Positions 49,722 through 59,931 are shown, counted from the first letter of the stretch. The stretch: 64,000 nt of DNA from Bacteroidia bacterium (GCA_038206355.1 JBBRAY010000014.1:6852-70851), one strand, 5' to 3'. Translations and numbers: made by a program. The notes: a model not told the origin generated them from the sequence alone.

Positions 49722-49915
49722 GGCTGAAAAGGTTGGCAGATTATTTTAAAATTGTCAAATCAAATCTAAGCAATTATTCTTACCAGAATCAGTTATTTTA
49801 GGTATGTAGGTTTTTTTAAGGTAATTGCCCTTTATACATAAAGCTTTTCGAAACTCATACAGGATTCAATCAGTAAATGGTAATTAACGAAAAAGAAGGG
49901 ATTAAGACAGCGATA

Positions 49916-50323
49916 TTATTTTGTGATCAACAGTTTCTGTGTGAGCTGTTTTTCCGAATCACTCAATCTTACAAAGTAAATTCCTTTTGGGAAAAGTTCA
50001 CTCCCGATGGTCCCGATAGCTATCGGGATCGGGATGACAGTTGACGGTTCACGGTAAGCAGCCGAGTAGATATTTTCTCCAAGTAGGTTGAAGATTTCCA
50101 AAAGGCTGTTAGCTCCGAACGCTGAACTTTTAACTTCGAACTGAAAAGTGGCGGGGTTGGGAGAGATAACGATTTCGCAAGGAGGAATTTTAATTTTCAA
50201 TTGAGAAATTGAAACCGTTGAATCACTACAAAATCCAAAAGCAGGGAAAAAATTAGTTATACCAAATACTATAGTGTCAGGGATTGTACTATGAATGGTT
50301 GAATTGAAAGAAACCGAGAACAT
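49916..50323 (-). pseudogene. truncated T9SS CTD-only gene fragment (duplicate of the 3' end of 51071..52672)
   Basis: The 135-aa ORF begins exactly where the homologous CTD region begins. It aligns to the last ~137 aa of the 51071..52672 product, with high nucleotide similarity over ~400 bp. No signal peptide or N-terminal domains. Confidence 0.6.
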
Positions 50324-50325
50324 TT
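49925..50325. repeat. direct repeat copy A (~400 bp) of T9SS CTD-coding sequence
   Basis: By-eye alignment with 51080..51478 shows long identical runs (e.g. ctcccgatggtcccgatagctatcgggatcggga, gcggggttgggagagat, acaaaatccaaaagcagggaaaaaattagttataccaaatactatagtgtcagggattgtactatgaa). Confidence 0.7.
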
Positions 50326-50784
50326 TTACTTTTCTCCTGCTTCCATTAAGGCAAGCGTTTCAATTTCATTGCTGATGCGAAAATCGGTTTTGCGAATCTT
50401 TTCGAGATAGGGCTTTATGGAAGGAATTAAACCGCGAAGCTTAGCTTTGATTATTACTCCAATGGTACCTGTAATTTCCAATCCGAGATGCTCAGCAATT
50501 TTTCTTGCTTTGAAATCATCAAGAATAATTGTGCTGCCCGGAATTTCAAGAGCGAGCGAAATGGCACTTGCTTCGCCTTTGTCAATTTGCAGTTCAAGAA
50601 TTTGTTGCGGCGTTTTATCAGCTGCGGATTTTAATTCAACCCAATCCGGAAGTGCTTGCCCGAACTCAGTCGCAACCTCATGGGTGGTTAGAATTTTCCC
50701 GTATGTTTTTTGTAATAGGTCAAGCTCACCAATGTTAGTTAGAATGATAAAACAGCTTGTATCCGAAACAATGGTCTTATGCAT
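50326..50784 (-). CDS. DUF3368-family PIN-like putative toxin (predicted nucleic-acid-binding protein)
   Basis: N-terminus IVSDTSCFIILTNIGELDLLQKTYGKI matches the DUF3368 consensus (VSDTSPLIxLxxIGxLDLL). 152 aa. 8-nt overlap with the upstream UPF0175 gene. Confidence 0.6.
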   Translation of the reverse strand: MHKTIVSDTSCFIILTNIGELDLLQKTYGKILTTHEVATEFGQALPDWVELKSAADKTPQQILELQIDKGEASAISLALEIPGSTIILDDFKARKIAEHLGLEITGTIGVIIKAKLRGLIPSIKPYLEKIRKTDFRISNEIETLALMEAGEK

Positions 50785-51004
50785 TATTTACATCTCTTGA
50801 AAGATCGGAAGCAGGATAATTGAAAACAGATACATTGTACTTTCCTAACAGTTCTGTAAAAGTTCGCTTCGTTAAGCCAACTAGTTCGGCTGCCTGCCCG
50901 AGAGATAATTTTCCCTGCTCATACAGACGCGTAGCTACAAGCATGGCAACATCCTTGGCATCAAGGTCAAGCGAATCAGGAATATTGAAAGTCAGAGTTC
51001 TCAT
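50777..51004 (-). CDS. UPF0175-family antitoxin
   Basis: 75 aa. KLSLGQAAELVGLTKRTFTELLGKYNV matches the UPF0175 HTH-like core. This family is the canonical partner of DUF3368 toxins. Confidence 0.6.
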   Translation of the reverse strand: MRTLTFNIPDSLDLDAKDVAMLVATRLYEQGKLSLGQAAELVGLTKRTFTELLGKYNVSVFNYPASDLSRDVNNA

Positions 51005-51070
51005 AGTTCAAAAGTAAGAAAAATCTTAGAGCAGATGAAATTGGAAGCGGTATTGTTACCCATTCAGAGG

Positions 51071-52672
51071 TTAGGGGGCTTCCACAACCAGTTTTTGTAT
51101 CATTTGCTTTTCTCCATCGCTCACACTCACAAAATAAATTCCTCTGGGGAATGGTCGGCTCCCGATGGTCCCGATAGCTATCGGGATCGGGACAACGGTC
51201 ATCGGTCTACAGAAAACAGCCGAATAGATTTTTTCTCCGAGGAGATTGAAGATTTCTAAATGGCTGTTAACTCCGAACGCTGAACTATTGACTTCGAACT
51301 GAAAAGAGGCGGGGTTGGGAGAGATGACGATTTCGCAAGGAGGAATTTTAATTTCCGATTGAGAAATGGATACCGTTGAATCACTACAAAATCCAAAAGC
51401 AGGGAAAAAATTAGTTATACCAAATACTATAGTGTCAGGGATTGTACTATGAACGGTTGAATTGAAAGAAACAGAAGAACTATACATCTGATCATCAAAG
51501 AACACAAATAGTGACGTGTCAATAGCTTCACAAATTCCGGACAGAGAGGAATCCGTTTTTATAACATGAAAACCAGCGGATATGGTTGTCGTGCTGTCGT
51601 AGGGTGATGCGGTTGTAAACAAAAATGCCCCATTCTGTAACACACATTCCTTCGTGTTAAGAAATTCAAAAAAATCAGGCGACCCTATTAGTGTTGTTTT
51701 AATTGGATTGAAGTTGCTATCGAGATGCATGACGAAAGCAGGATACCCATCGCTACAATCAGTTAAGCTCCCCCAGTTGCCTCCGTATGCCATCCATGTT
51801 TTATCTTCTAATTCCTTCATATCCCAAAAGTTGGCGGAACATCCAAAAGCGGGATCGAATGAATATGTTTTCATCCATTCAATGTGATAAGCGGAAGTGA
51901 GTTTTGCAATGAAAGCCCCATTATAAATTGCTCCCGTTATCCCGATTGCGTACAAACCGGAATCAGAAGAATATACGATCTTTTCAATATTAACATCAGT
52001 AAACATTGCAACTGTTGAGTTAGAATATTCTCCTGAAGCATTTAAAAAATTTGAATCAACATGACCTAAATTGAAACCATAGTATTGGTAAGACAAGTAA
52101 CTTCCATCATATAACTTCAAAATTTTCCCATCAATATATTCCGTTAAGGTTTCTCGAAGATTGTTCCCAAGTTCATCAAAACGAATTAACTTCCATCGGC
52201 TGGGAGGACGACTATCTATTGAAATTGTGTATCCTAAAGAATCAGGAATACAATTTATAGGGTAATTGTTTTGAGAAATTGAATCTCCAATTGTTTTAGT
52301 ATAACAAATGGCTCCGGAAGTGTCAATGCAAATTATTACAGTTTGTCCCCAGGGAGAAAAAACACCTTCATCTCTTGAGCCAACCATAATTAATTTCTGA
52401 CTAGGAAGCATGATCATATCCTTCAATAGGTGGCGTCTGTTAGGTGACCCAATTGAATAATCCCATATTACATTCCCTATTGAATCAAGTTTGACGATGA
52501 AAAAGCGGAGGGCGACATCCACGCCTCCTATATAAATGCTTCCTGCTGCATCGGTTTGCAAAAGCTGACTCCAATAACAAGGTTGTAGATATTGCTTGTG
52601 AAAAACGGATTGCCCAAAAGTGTTATTAAAAAAAACAAAAAGGAATCCATAGAAAAATAGTTGCCTTTTCAT
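51071..52672 (-). CDS. secreted hypothetical protein with T9SS CTD
   Basis: Signal peptide from ATG 52672 (MKRQLFFYGFLFVFF). The C-terminal 137 aa form a T9SS CTD that is duplicated at 49916..50323. Confidence 0.6.
   Translation of the reverse strand: MKRQLFFYGFLFVFFNNTFGQSVFHKQYLQPCYWSQLLQTDAAGSIYIGGVDVALRFFIVKLDSIGNVIWDYSIGSPNRRHLLKDMIMLPSQKLIMVGSRDEGVFSPWGQTVIICIDTSGAICYTKTIGDSISQNNYPINCIPDSLGYTISIDSRPPSRWKLIRFDELGNNLRETLTEYIDGKILKLYDGSYLSYQYYGFNLGHVDSNFLNASGEYSNSTVAMFTDVNIEKIVYSSDSGLYAIGITGAIYNGAFIAKLTSAYHIEWMKTYSFDPAFGCSANFWDMKELEDKTWMAYGGNWGSLTDCSDGYPAFVMHLDSNFNPIKTTLIGSPDFFEFLNTKECVLQNGAFLFTTASPYDSTTTISAGFHVIKTDSSLSGICEAIDTSLFVFFDDQMYSSSVSFNSTVHSTIPDTIVFGITNFFPAFGFCSDSTVSISQSEIKIPPCEIVISPNPASFQFEVNSSAFGVNSHLEIFNLLGEKIYSAVFCRPMTVVPIPIAIGTIGSRPFPRGIYFVSVSDGEKQMIQKLVVEAP
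51080..51478. repeat. direct repeat copy B (~400 bp) of T9SS CTD-coding sequence
   Basis: See copy A. The two copies bracket the UPF0175/DUF3368 cassette. Confidence 0.7.
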
Positions 52673-52758
52673 GTCGCTAACTTTTAAGTAAATCAAAATT
52701 TATTAAACGGTTTTCATTGCCAACCGCCTACTACCTCCAGCCTCCTGCCGCTTTCCTC

Positions 52759-55641
52759 CTAATGCGCTTCCAGCCAGTTCTTCCCCGTTCCAACACCAAC
52801 TTCAACCGGTACTTTTAACGGCAAAGCCGTTTTCATTTTATCGAGGACGAGTTCTTTTACTTCTTCAAGTTCAGGTTTAATAACATCAAACACCAGTTCA
52901 TCATGGACTTGCAACAACATTTTTGATTGCAGCTTTTTCTTTTTCAATTCATGCTGTATGTTGATCATTGCAACCTTTATCATATCGGCGGCGCTACCTT
53001 GAATTGGGGCATTAATTGCATTGCGCTCTGCAAATCCACGCACCGTTTGGTTGGCGCTGTTGATGTCACGGAGGTATCGCCTACGGCCCAAAACGGTTTC
53101 TACATATCCGTTGCTACGCGCTTTCTCAATGCTGTCCGTCATGTATTCCTGAACCTGCGGATACTGCATAAAATAATTTTCGATGATGCCTTTCGCTTCT
53201 GTGCGGGAAATATTTAGCCGATCGGCAAGACCAAATGCAGAGATGCCATAGATAATTCCGAAGTTCACCATCTTGGCATTGCGCCTCATATCAGAGGATA
53301 CATCTTTCAAAGCAACACCATAAACTTTCGATGCCGTAGTGGCGTGAATGTCTTCTCCGCTTTTAAATGCATCAATCATTGCTTTGTCGCCACTGAGTTC
53401 TGCAATGATGCGGAGTTCGATCTGTGAATAGTCGGCGCTTAATAAAATAAATTTACTGTTGCGTGGAATAAATGCTTTGCGGATTTCTCTTCCCCGTTCA
53501 GTTCGTATTGGAATATTTTGAAGGTTTGGATTATCAGAACTTAATCTTCCGGTTACTGCCACTACCTGGTTGTAACTGGTATGAATTCTTCCGGTGTTCG
53601 GATTCACCATCAGCGGCAACGTATCCACATAGGTGCTCTTTAATTTTACAAGCTCACGGTAATCGAGAATTTTTTTAATGATGGGACTTTTGTTTTCAAT
53701 CTTGCTCAATACATCTTCTGCTGTTGAGTACTGCCCCGTTTTTGTTTTTACCGGCTTCTCAACGATTTTGAGTTTTTCAAAAAGAACCTCACCCACCTGC
53801 TTCGGAGATGACACATTGAATTCCATCCCCGCCAGCTTCTGAATTTCTTTTTCAGTCTTGGCAATGTCTTTCTCGAGCACTTTTGAAAGCTCGTGTAAGG
53901 CATCTACGTCAACATTTATTCCTTCGGCTTCCATATCAGTAAGTACCGATACGAGCGGCATCTCCACTTCATCAAATAATTTTTGTACGCCGGATTTTTT
54001 CAATTGGGGAGCAAAGGTGGAATGCAATTGCAAGGTAACGTCGGCGTCTTCAGCTGCATATTCAGCAATTAATTCCGGAGGAGCATCGCGCATGCTGCCC
54101 TGTTCTTTGCCCCGTTCCTTCTTGCCGATCAGCGTTTCAATTTTTACAGGAGAATAATTCAGATATGTTTCTGAAAGTACATCCATGCTGTGCCGCATGT
54201 CGGGCTGAATGAGAAAGTGCGCAATCATCGTGTCGAACATTTCTCCTTTTACTTCTACATCATATTTCCGGAGAACAGACATGTCATACTTTAAATTCTG
54301 TCCGACCTTTTCAATTTTTTCATTTTCAAAAACGGATTTGAATTCGGTGACAATCTTTTTCGTTTCTTTTTGGTCAGCCGGAACGGGAACCCAATATCCT
54401 TCATGCGCTTTGATGGAAAAGCTCATGCCCACCAGTTCTGAAGTTAATGCATTGAGGCCTGTTGTCTCTGTGTCAAAACAAAATGATTTTTGTTTGGAAA
54501 GTAGACCGGTAAGATCTTTTATTTTCTCCTTTGTATCAGCGGTGATGTAGTTGTGCTTGACATCAGCAATAGTATTGTGAGTCCCACCTATATCCTCCCC
54601 TAAAGGGAAGACTTGAACAATCAAATCCTCTTCGATCGAATGAGAAACTTTTACCTCATCATCATTGGTAAAAAATAAACTGCCCTGCGTTCCGGTCAAG
54701 ATTTTTTTAGGAGCTGTGGGGGCTGTTCCACCCTTCCCTTTTGGAAGGGAAGGGGATGGGCTTGTGGAACTTCCGTTCAGTCCTAATTGTTCTCCCAATC
54801 TCCTGAATTCGAGCTCAGCAAACAGCTCAATCAGTGCCTCTTTATTCCATTCCTGTTTTTCCAGATCTTTCAGCTTTATTTTTATAGGAACATTAAGCAT
54901 AATTGTCGCCAGACTTTTCGAAAGCAAAGCGTTTACTTTTCCTTCTTCCACTTTTTCACGCATCTTGCCTGTGATCTTGTCCGTGTTCTTCAGCAGGTTT
55001 TCAATGGAGCCATATTCCTTGATGAATTTAATCGCAGTCTTTTCTCCTACACCGCGAATACCCGGTATATTATCTACTGCATCGCCCATGAGTCCGAGAA
55101 TATCAATCAACTGATCCACCCGCTCAATTTCCCACTTCGCACACACTTCTTTGATGCCCATAATTTCGGGAGGATTTCCGGCGCGTGCGGGTTTGTAAAT
55201 AAAAGTATGTTCATCCACGAGTTGCCCGTAATCTTTATCAGGCGTCATCATGTAAGTATCGAATCCTTCTTTCTCTGCTTTCTTTGCAAGCGTGCCGATA
55301 ATATCATCTGCTTCATAACCATCTAAAAAAAGTACAGGAATATTAAATGCTTCACACACCTTTTGTACATAGGGGATGGCAAGTGCAAGATCTTCGGGAA
55401 TTTCCTGACGGCCGGCTTTGTATTCCGGAAACTCTTCGTGTCGAGAAGTAGGCGCTGCAGTATCGAACACCACTGCAATGTGTGAGGGTTGTTCTTTCTT
55501 CAGCACTTCAAGAAGCGTTGTGGTGAAACCGAAAATAGCTGAAGTATTTTGCCCTTTACTGTTGATGCGGTGATTCTGGCTGAATGCGAAATAAGCGCGG
55601 TAGATGAGCGCCATGGCATCGAGGAGGAATAGTTTTTTCAT
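52759..55641 (-). CDS. polA: DNA polymerase I
   Basis: 960 aa. N-terminal 5'-3' exonuclease (FEN-like, LLDAMALIYRAYFA). 3'-5' exonuclease region. C-terminal polymerase motifs A, B and C (DYSQIELR, RRNAKMVNFGIIYG, VHDELVF). Confidence 0.9.
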   Translation of the reverse strand: MKKLFLLDAMALIYRAYFAFSQNHRINSKGQNTSAIFGFTTTLLEVLKKEQPSHIAVVFDTAAPTSRHEEFPEYKAGRQEIPEDLALAIPYVQKVCEAFNIPVLFLDGYEADDIIGTLAKKAEKEGFDTYMMTPDKDYGQLVDEHTFIYKPARAGNPPEIMGIKEVCAKWEIERVDQLIDILGLMGDAVDNIPGIRGVGEKTAIKFIKEYGSIENLLKNTDKITGKMREKVEEGKVNALLSKSLATIMLNVPIKIKLKDLEKQEWNKEALIELFAELEFRRLGEQLGLNGSSTSPSPSLPKGKGGTAPTAPKKILTGTQGSLFFTNDDEVKVSHSIEEDLIVQVFPLGEDIGGTHNTIADVKHNYITADTKEKIKDLTGLLSKQKSFCFDTETTGLNALTSELVGMSFSIKAHEGYWVPVPADQKETKKIVTEFKSVFENEKIEKVGQNLKYDMSVLRKYDVEVKGEMFDTMIAHFLIQPDMRHSMDVLSETYLNYSPVKIETLIGKKERGKEQGSMRDAPPELIAEYAAEDADVTLQLHSTFAPQLKKSGVQKLFDEVEMPLVSVLTDMEAEGINVDVDALHELSKVLEKDIAKTEKEIQKLAGMEFNVSSPKQVGEVLFEKLKIVEKPVKTKTGQYSTAEDVLSKIENKSPIIKKILDYRELVKLKSTYVDTLPLMVNPNTGRIHTSYNQVVAVTGRLSSDNPNLQNIPIRTERGREIRKAFIPRNSKFILLSADYSQIELRIIAELSGDKAMIDAFKSGEDIHATTASKVYGVALKDVSSDMRRNAKMVNFGIIYGISAFGLADRLNISRTEAKGIIENYFMQYPQVQEYMTDSIEKARSNGYVETVLGRRRYLRDINSANQTVRGFAERNAINAPIQGSAADMIKVAMINIQHELKKKKLQSKMLLQVHDELVFDVIKPELEEVKELVLDKMKTALPLKVPVEVGVGTGKNWLEAH

Positions 55642-55854
55642 GGTACGAATAGCGAATGATTGCGAATGTACGAATTACAGAATTGCACTGACGAATTTAT
55701 AGGATGACGCAAATGTTGAAGTTCGTGATAAGACGAAATTATGAAAAACGAAGTCAGGTGTTTCAAAAGTTTTTAGGAATAAAAACAGCAATGAAATTTA
55801 GGGCATTGAATTTTCCGCAATGTAAAAGTTGTACCGAAAAGAAAAATTTGAGAA

Positions 55855-56499
55855 TTAAAAAACGGATGATTTTTCTTTACTGATGGAGAGGAATGCTTTG
55901 GTAAAAAGCAAATATACGATGAGGTTGATAAGATTATGAATAAACCAGATGCTTTGCATGATTGATGTTCCCAAAAATCCGGAGAGAAAAAAAGTAGTGA
56001 AACAGTAAATGAATATTCCCAGTTGAAACCAGAATATCGGCATTTTTTTTAATTCGGTTTCCGTTTCAGCAAGCTTCAATAATGAATAAGCGGACAGAAT
56101 AGAAATGATGATTTCATACGAAGTGTCAAAAACGGCATTTAGTTCCTCGCCGGTATTAAAAACAAAATGATCGCAAAGCCAGAAGGGAATCATGAAGATA
56201 AAAAGGATGTTGCAGATTTTTGAAATGATTGGAGATGCATTGGTGACCTTAATAAACCAGAGAAGAAACAGTGCCTCTGCTAGAGGAAAGAATATAAAAA
56301 GATAGAAACTTGCATTTCTGGAAACCTCCATCAGTTGCCACACCAGCAGATCAGTAAGAAAGCCAAAAATGAGAAAATAAAGAAACAGCCGGAAGATTTT
56401 TCCGGCTGTTTTATATCGCAGCAATCCTGCACCAATGGGGATAAGGGTGGTAAATGTGGCGAGGATGCGAATGGTGTGTTGTATGCTATGTTCTTCCAA
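55855..56499 (-). CDS. polytopic membrane protein (hypothetical, ~6 TM)
   Basis: Hydrophobicity pattern only. Sits 14 nt downstream of the lipoprotein gene on the same strand. Confidence 0.4.
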   Translation of the reverse strand: MEEHSIQHTIRILATFTTLIPIGAGLLRYKTAGKIFRLFLYFLIFGFLTDLLVWQLMEVSRNASFYLFIFFPLAEALFLLWFIKVTNASPIISKICNILFIFMIPFWLCDHFVFNTGEELNAVFDTSYEIIISILSAYSLLKLAETETELKKMPIFWFQLGIFIYCFTTFFLSGFLGTSIMQSIWFIHNLINLIVYLLFTKAFLSISKEKSSVF

Positions 56500-56513
56500 A
56501 TTTTCCCGGATTA

Positions 56514-57320
56514 TTAATGTGGTGCTATGATATCTGGCGGCCAGTTACGTTCCATCATTGGTGGCTCAGATCCATCCTTGTATTGGGTTATGTTTTTTCC
56601 ATTTTTATCTACTCCTATGAGGATCAAACGAATTTTATCATTTGTTCTTTCTTCATCATACCCAAAGAAGAAACGAATACCTACACAGATTTTTTCATTT
56701 GCATTTGTTGGATCTACCTGGTCAAGTAAACTCAAAATTTCATCTCTCGCAAATGCCCCACATAAACTGCTATTTACAGGTCTGCTATTTACAGTATATT
56801 GACTGAGAAATTCCTGTGCATAGATTTTTACATCACGCCCTTTTTTAGTATCCTCTTCCATTCCAATTCCACCTGTTTGTGTTGTTATGAATTGATTTAC
56901 TCCAACGGTTGACGGATCAGAGCTTTTGTAAGTGAATGATTCCGATGAATGATTGAGATCCGCAGTATCGTCAAGGGCACATTGAATTTCGCTTTCGTTA
57001 TCATAATTTTCATCTCTCATAAAAGCGAGAAACACACTGTCTCCATTAATCGGGTCTTTTATATAACAGGGATAAAATCGTATGGCATCAACTTTTGCCA
57101 GAAACTTTTCGGTAAATAATTCTTTGCTGATGAAGCCTCCCAGGGAAACATTGTGCGCTTTTTGATAAAGTTCTTTATTCTGCAAAAGAAATTTGTTGAT
57201 ATAAGCTTTTGCATCCTTGTATTTTATTGTATGGTAAGGAGGTTGTTTTGACTTACCCGGTTGATCGCAAAACATAAGTGTTAGAAAAAGAATAGGCGAA
57301 TTGATGAATAATTTTTTCAT
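56514..57320 (-). CDS. hypothetical lipoprotein / secreted protein
   Basis: Signal peptide with a Cys (LFLTLMFC). No recognised domain. Confidence 0.4.
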   Translation of the reverse strand: MKKLFINSPILFLTLMFCDQPGKSKQPPYHTIKYKDAKAYINKFLLQNKELYQKAHNVSLGGFISKELFTEKFLAKVDAIRFYPCYIKDPINGDSVFLAFMRDENYDNESEIQCALDDTADLNHSSESFTYKSSDPSTVGVNQFITTQTGGIGMEEDTKKGRDVKIYAQEFLSQYTVNSRPVNSSLCGAFARDEILSLLDQVDPTNANEKICVGIRFFFGYDEERTNDKIRLILIGVDKNGKNITQYKDGSEPPMMERNWPPDIIAPH

Positions 57321-57936
57321 GGCATTTTGGTTTTACGAGTTAGTTTAGTTTAGTAAATCAAGTAAATAGATAAACGCAAGTCAAATATTTTTTCAGTCAT
57401 GAACCCAAAGGAAGTAAATTTCACAACCGGGGTGTTTCGACCTTGCTTTTTGTTCTGCTACTTCGCGCGTTTCGGCTGAGATAGTAAGGGTACTTATGAT
57501 TCCTTCACAGGTCACCTGGAACGTGTATCGCTTTTTAATAAAGGGGATGATTTTTGGATCCATGATGAATCGGTAACTTTATTGTATATAGTTTTGAAGA
57601 TTTAACATGTTCTCTTTATTCGAAATTTATTGAGTTAATATTTCTGGTATTAAGTTAATTTTAAAATCAGTGAGTAGAAAAGCGGCAAGGCATTCCTGCG
57701 AGATATGCCCTGCCGGGGGATTTGCGTCCTTAATGGGGAGTTTCAGGATCGCAGAAGCCATAGTTAGTTTTGTGTTGTTTTTAGTGTTCAAATTTTTGCT
57801 TCAACATTGTATTTGCTGAATGATGAGTCAAAATAACATCAATGAAATCCCTGAAGCAAACTGAACCTTGAGGATGGCAGGTTCAGATATGAAAGATGTA
57901 GAAAATGAAAAGTGAGATGTAATCCGGATACCGGAA

Positions 57937-58686
57937 TCACAATCTGTTGAGACGCTTGAGAAATTTGTCTTTACGAAGACGTGAAATGTCAACACAAAAA
58001 CCATCAGACATCTTTACTGCTCCACCATCACCTTTATGGTATTCTGTAATGTGTTTCAGATTAATAAGATGAGAAACGTGTGTTCTGAAAAAATTAAAAT
58101 CCTCCAGCATTGCTTCACATTCTTTGATCGACCTGGAAATAACAATCTGGCGTTTGTCAATCAGAGAAACCGTAGTATAGGTGTTATCGGCGCGGCAGCG
58201 TACAATGTCCTTTACTTCAACAAATATAAATCCTGTAAGTGTAGGTAAAGCAATTTTTGTATTCTCGGAAACGGGCTGACTTACATTCTGAAGCAATATG
58301 TCCAGATGCTTGCGTGACTGTAAGGAAGATTTTTTTGCTTCAAACTTTGAAAGTGCTTCCTGTAATTCTTTTTTGCCAAAAGGTTTTAATAAATAATCAA
58401 CCGCAGAAACTTTAAATGCCTGTAGCGCAAAATGCTCATAAGAGGTTGTGAAAATGACATCAAAATTTCTTTCGGGTATTCGGTTTAACAGATCAAACCC
58501 ATTGTATGGAGGCATAACCACATCCAGAAAAATCAATATTGGCCGGAACAAATTGATTTTCTCCACTCCATCTTCAACAGATGAACATGTTGCCACAATC
58601 CTGTAATCCGGAAAATGTTTTTGCAGTAACTCAGTGAGGTGGTCCTGCTGGTGTTTTTCATCATCAACGATAGCAACCGGATACAT
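57937..58686 (-). CDS. LytTR-family two-component response regulator
   Basis: N-terminal REC domain (VDDE...D54-like FLDVVMP, K-containing motif) and a C-terminal LytTR DNA-binding domain (~100 aa). Confidence 0.8.
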   Translation of the reverse strand: MYPVAIVDDEKHQQDHLTELLQKHFPDYRIVATCSSVEDGVEKINLFRPILIFLDVVMPPYNGFDLLNRIPERNFDVIFTTSYEHFALQAFKVSAVDYLLKPFGKKELQEALSKFEAKKSSLQSRKHLDILLQNVSQPVSENTKIALPTLTGFIFVEVKDIVRCRADNTYTTVSLIDKRQIVISRSIKECEAMLEDFNFFRTHVSHLINLKHITEYHKGDGGAVKMSDGFCVDISRLRKDKFLKRLNRL

Positions 58687-58740
58687 AATCTTAAATCAGG
58701 AGTTAATATTGATTTTATAAAAACAACCCGTTATATCTTT

Positions 58741-59658
58741 CTATATTTCGACAACATATGGAATCCACAATTCAACGCGTTTACCGGTGTATTTATGCTC
58801 TTCATTCAAAATATCATGAACGGAAAAGCCTGCCCTACTTCCCTTCGCCTGATTAAGTATGTCAAGCCGCTCTTTGGTCAGACTCATTCCAAGAGATTTT
58901 TTCTTTACATTATGCTCTAATACAGATTCGGCAAGTTTTGGTTTTACACCATCATCTTCGACAAGATAAATCAGCATGTTATCCCTGGTAGAAATCGAAA
59001 CCGTTAGTTTTCCCTGTTCGGGTTTATTGTTTAATCCATGCCAGACGCTGTTCTCAACAAACGGTTGAACAATCAATGGAGGTACAAGGGTATGATGAGG
59101 ATCAATTGCTGCATCCACCTTCAATTCATAGTCGAAACAGTAATTCATTCGGAGTTGTACCATTTCAATATAAAGTCTGAGTGCGAACAAATCATCATTC
59201 AGCACTACTTCTTTATGCATTGAATTTTCCAGTACCATACGAATCAGATTGCTGAACTTTATGAGATATTCGCCGGCCTGTTCCAGCTTGTTCGATTCCA
59301 TAAACCGGTGTATGCTATTGAGGGAGTTAAAGATAAAATGAGGGTTTATTTGTGCGCGAAGTGCTTTCATCTCAACTTCTGCGACCTGTTGTTTTAGTTC
59401 TGCCTCTTTCTGCCTGAAACCTGCCTCCCTTCTGTTTCGGTAAAAAAGAAAAACGACAAATGAGAACGTTACAATGAAAGGTATAAGGGTAAATAACGCT
59501 ACTTTGAGAATGTCTGATTGTATCCATGATGGGTCTGAAGGTTGATTCAGTTGCAGATTTCTAATTACAGTGTTAAGGGAATCTACCTCGTTAACCTGTG
59601 CGTTAACATTTGTAAGAAGACAAGTAAGGAATAGGACAACCGGAAAGTGGTTTTTCAT
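58741..59658 (-). CDS. sensor histidine kinase, LytS-type (His_kinase PF06580-like) with short extracytoplasmic N-terminus and single TM
   Basis: INPHFIFNSLNSI phospho-acceptor motif. HATPase_c-like C-terminus (LIYLVEDDG). Signal peptide plus TM. Lies 54 nt upstream of the response regulator. Confidence 0.75.
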   Translation of the reverse strand: MKNHFPVVLFLTCLLTNVNAQVNEVDSLNTVIRNLQLNQPSDPSWIQSDILKVALFTLIPFIVTFSFVVFLFYRNRREAGFRQKEAELKQQVAEVEMKALRAQINPHFIFNSLNSIHRFMESNKLEQAGEYLIKFSNLIRMVLENSMHKEVVLNDDLFALRLYIEMVQLRMNYCFDYELKVDAAIDPHHTLVPPLIVQPFVENSVWHGLNNKPEQGKLTVSISTRDNMLIYLVEDDGVKPKLAESVLEHNVKKKSLGMSLTKERLDILNQAKGSRAGFSVHDILNEEHKYTGKRVELWIPYVVEI

Positions 59659-59757
59659 GAAGGGGAATAATTTCGTGCAAAGACAAATCTAAAGTATAAT
59701 TATCAAAGCTTATGATTTTGTTCCTTGAAAGTTAATCGAAATCCTGTTTTGCAATAA

Positions 59758-59931
59758 CTACTCCTCATTTTTTAAGCTAACCTTCTTTCTAGCAAATCTT
59801 TTTGAATGCTCCTTCTTCTTATCCTTCACTACCTTTTCTTTAAAACGCCCGTCATAATAACCGGCAAGTAAGGCAAGCTTGCGTTGTAGCCGCTTCGCGG
59901 CATTAAAAGATGAATTTTTTTTTTGCTTCAT
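59758..59931 (-). CDS. possible small Lys/Arg-rich ORF (57 aa)
   Basis: ORF only (MKQKKNSSFNAAKRLQRKLALLAGYYDGRFKEKVVKDKKKEHSKRFARKKVSLKNEE). No homology recognised. May be non-coding. Confidence 0.2.
   Translation of the reverse strand: MKQKKNSSFNAAKRLQRKLALLAGYYDGRFKEKVVKDKKKEHSKRFARKKVSLKNEE

Noticed and set aside
49916-50323. Treating the 135-aa ORF as an independent small T9SS cargo gene
   Set aside because: It consists only of the CTD, with no signal peptide or passenger domain. It begins exactly where the duplicated DNA segment begins. It is better explained as a truncated duplicate (pseudogene fragment).
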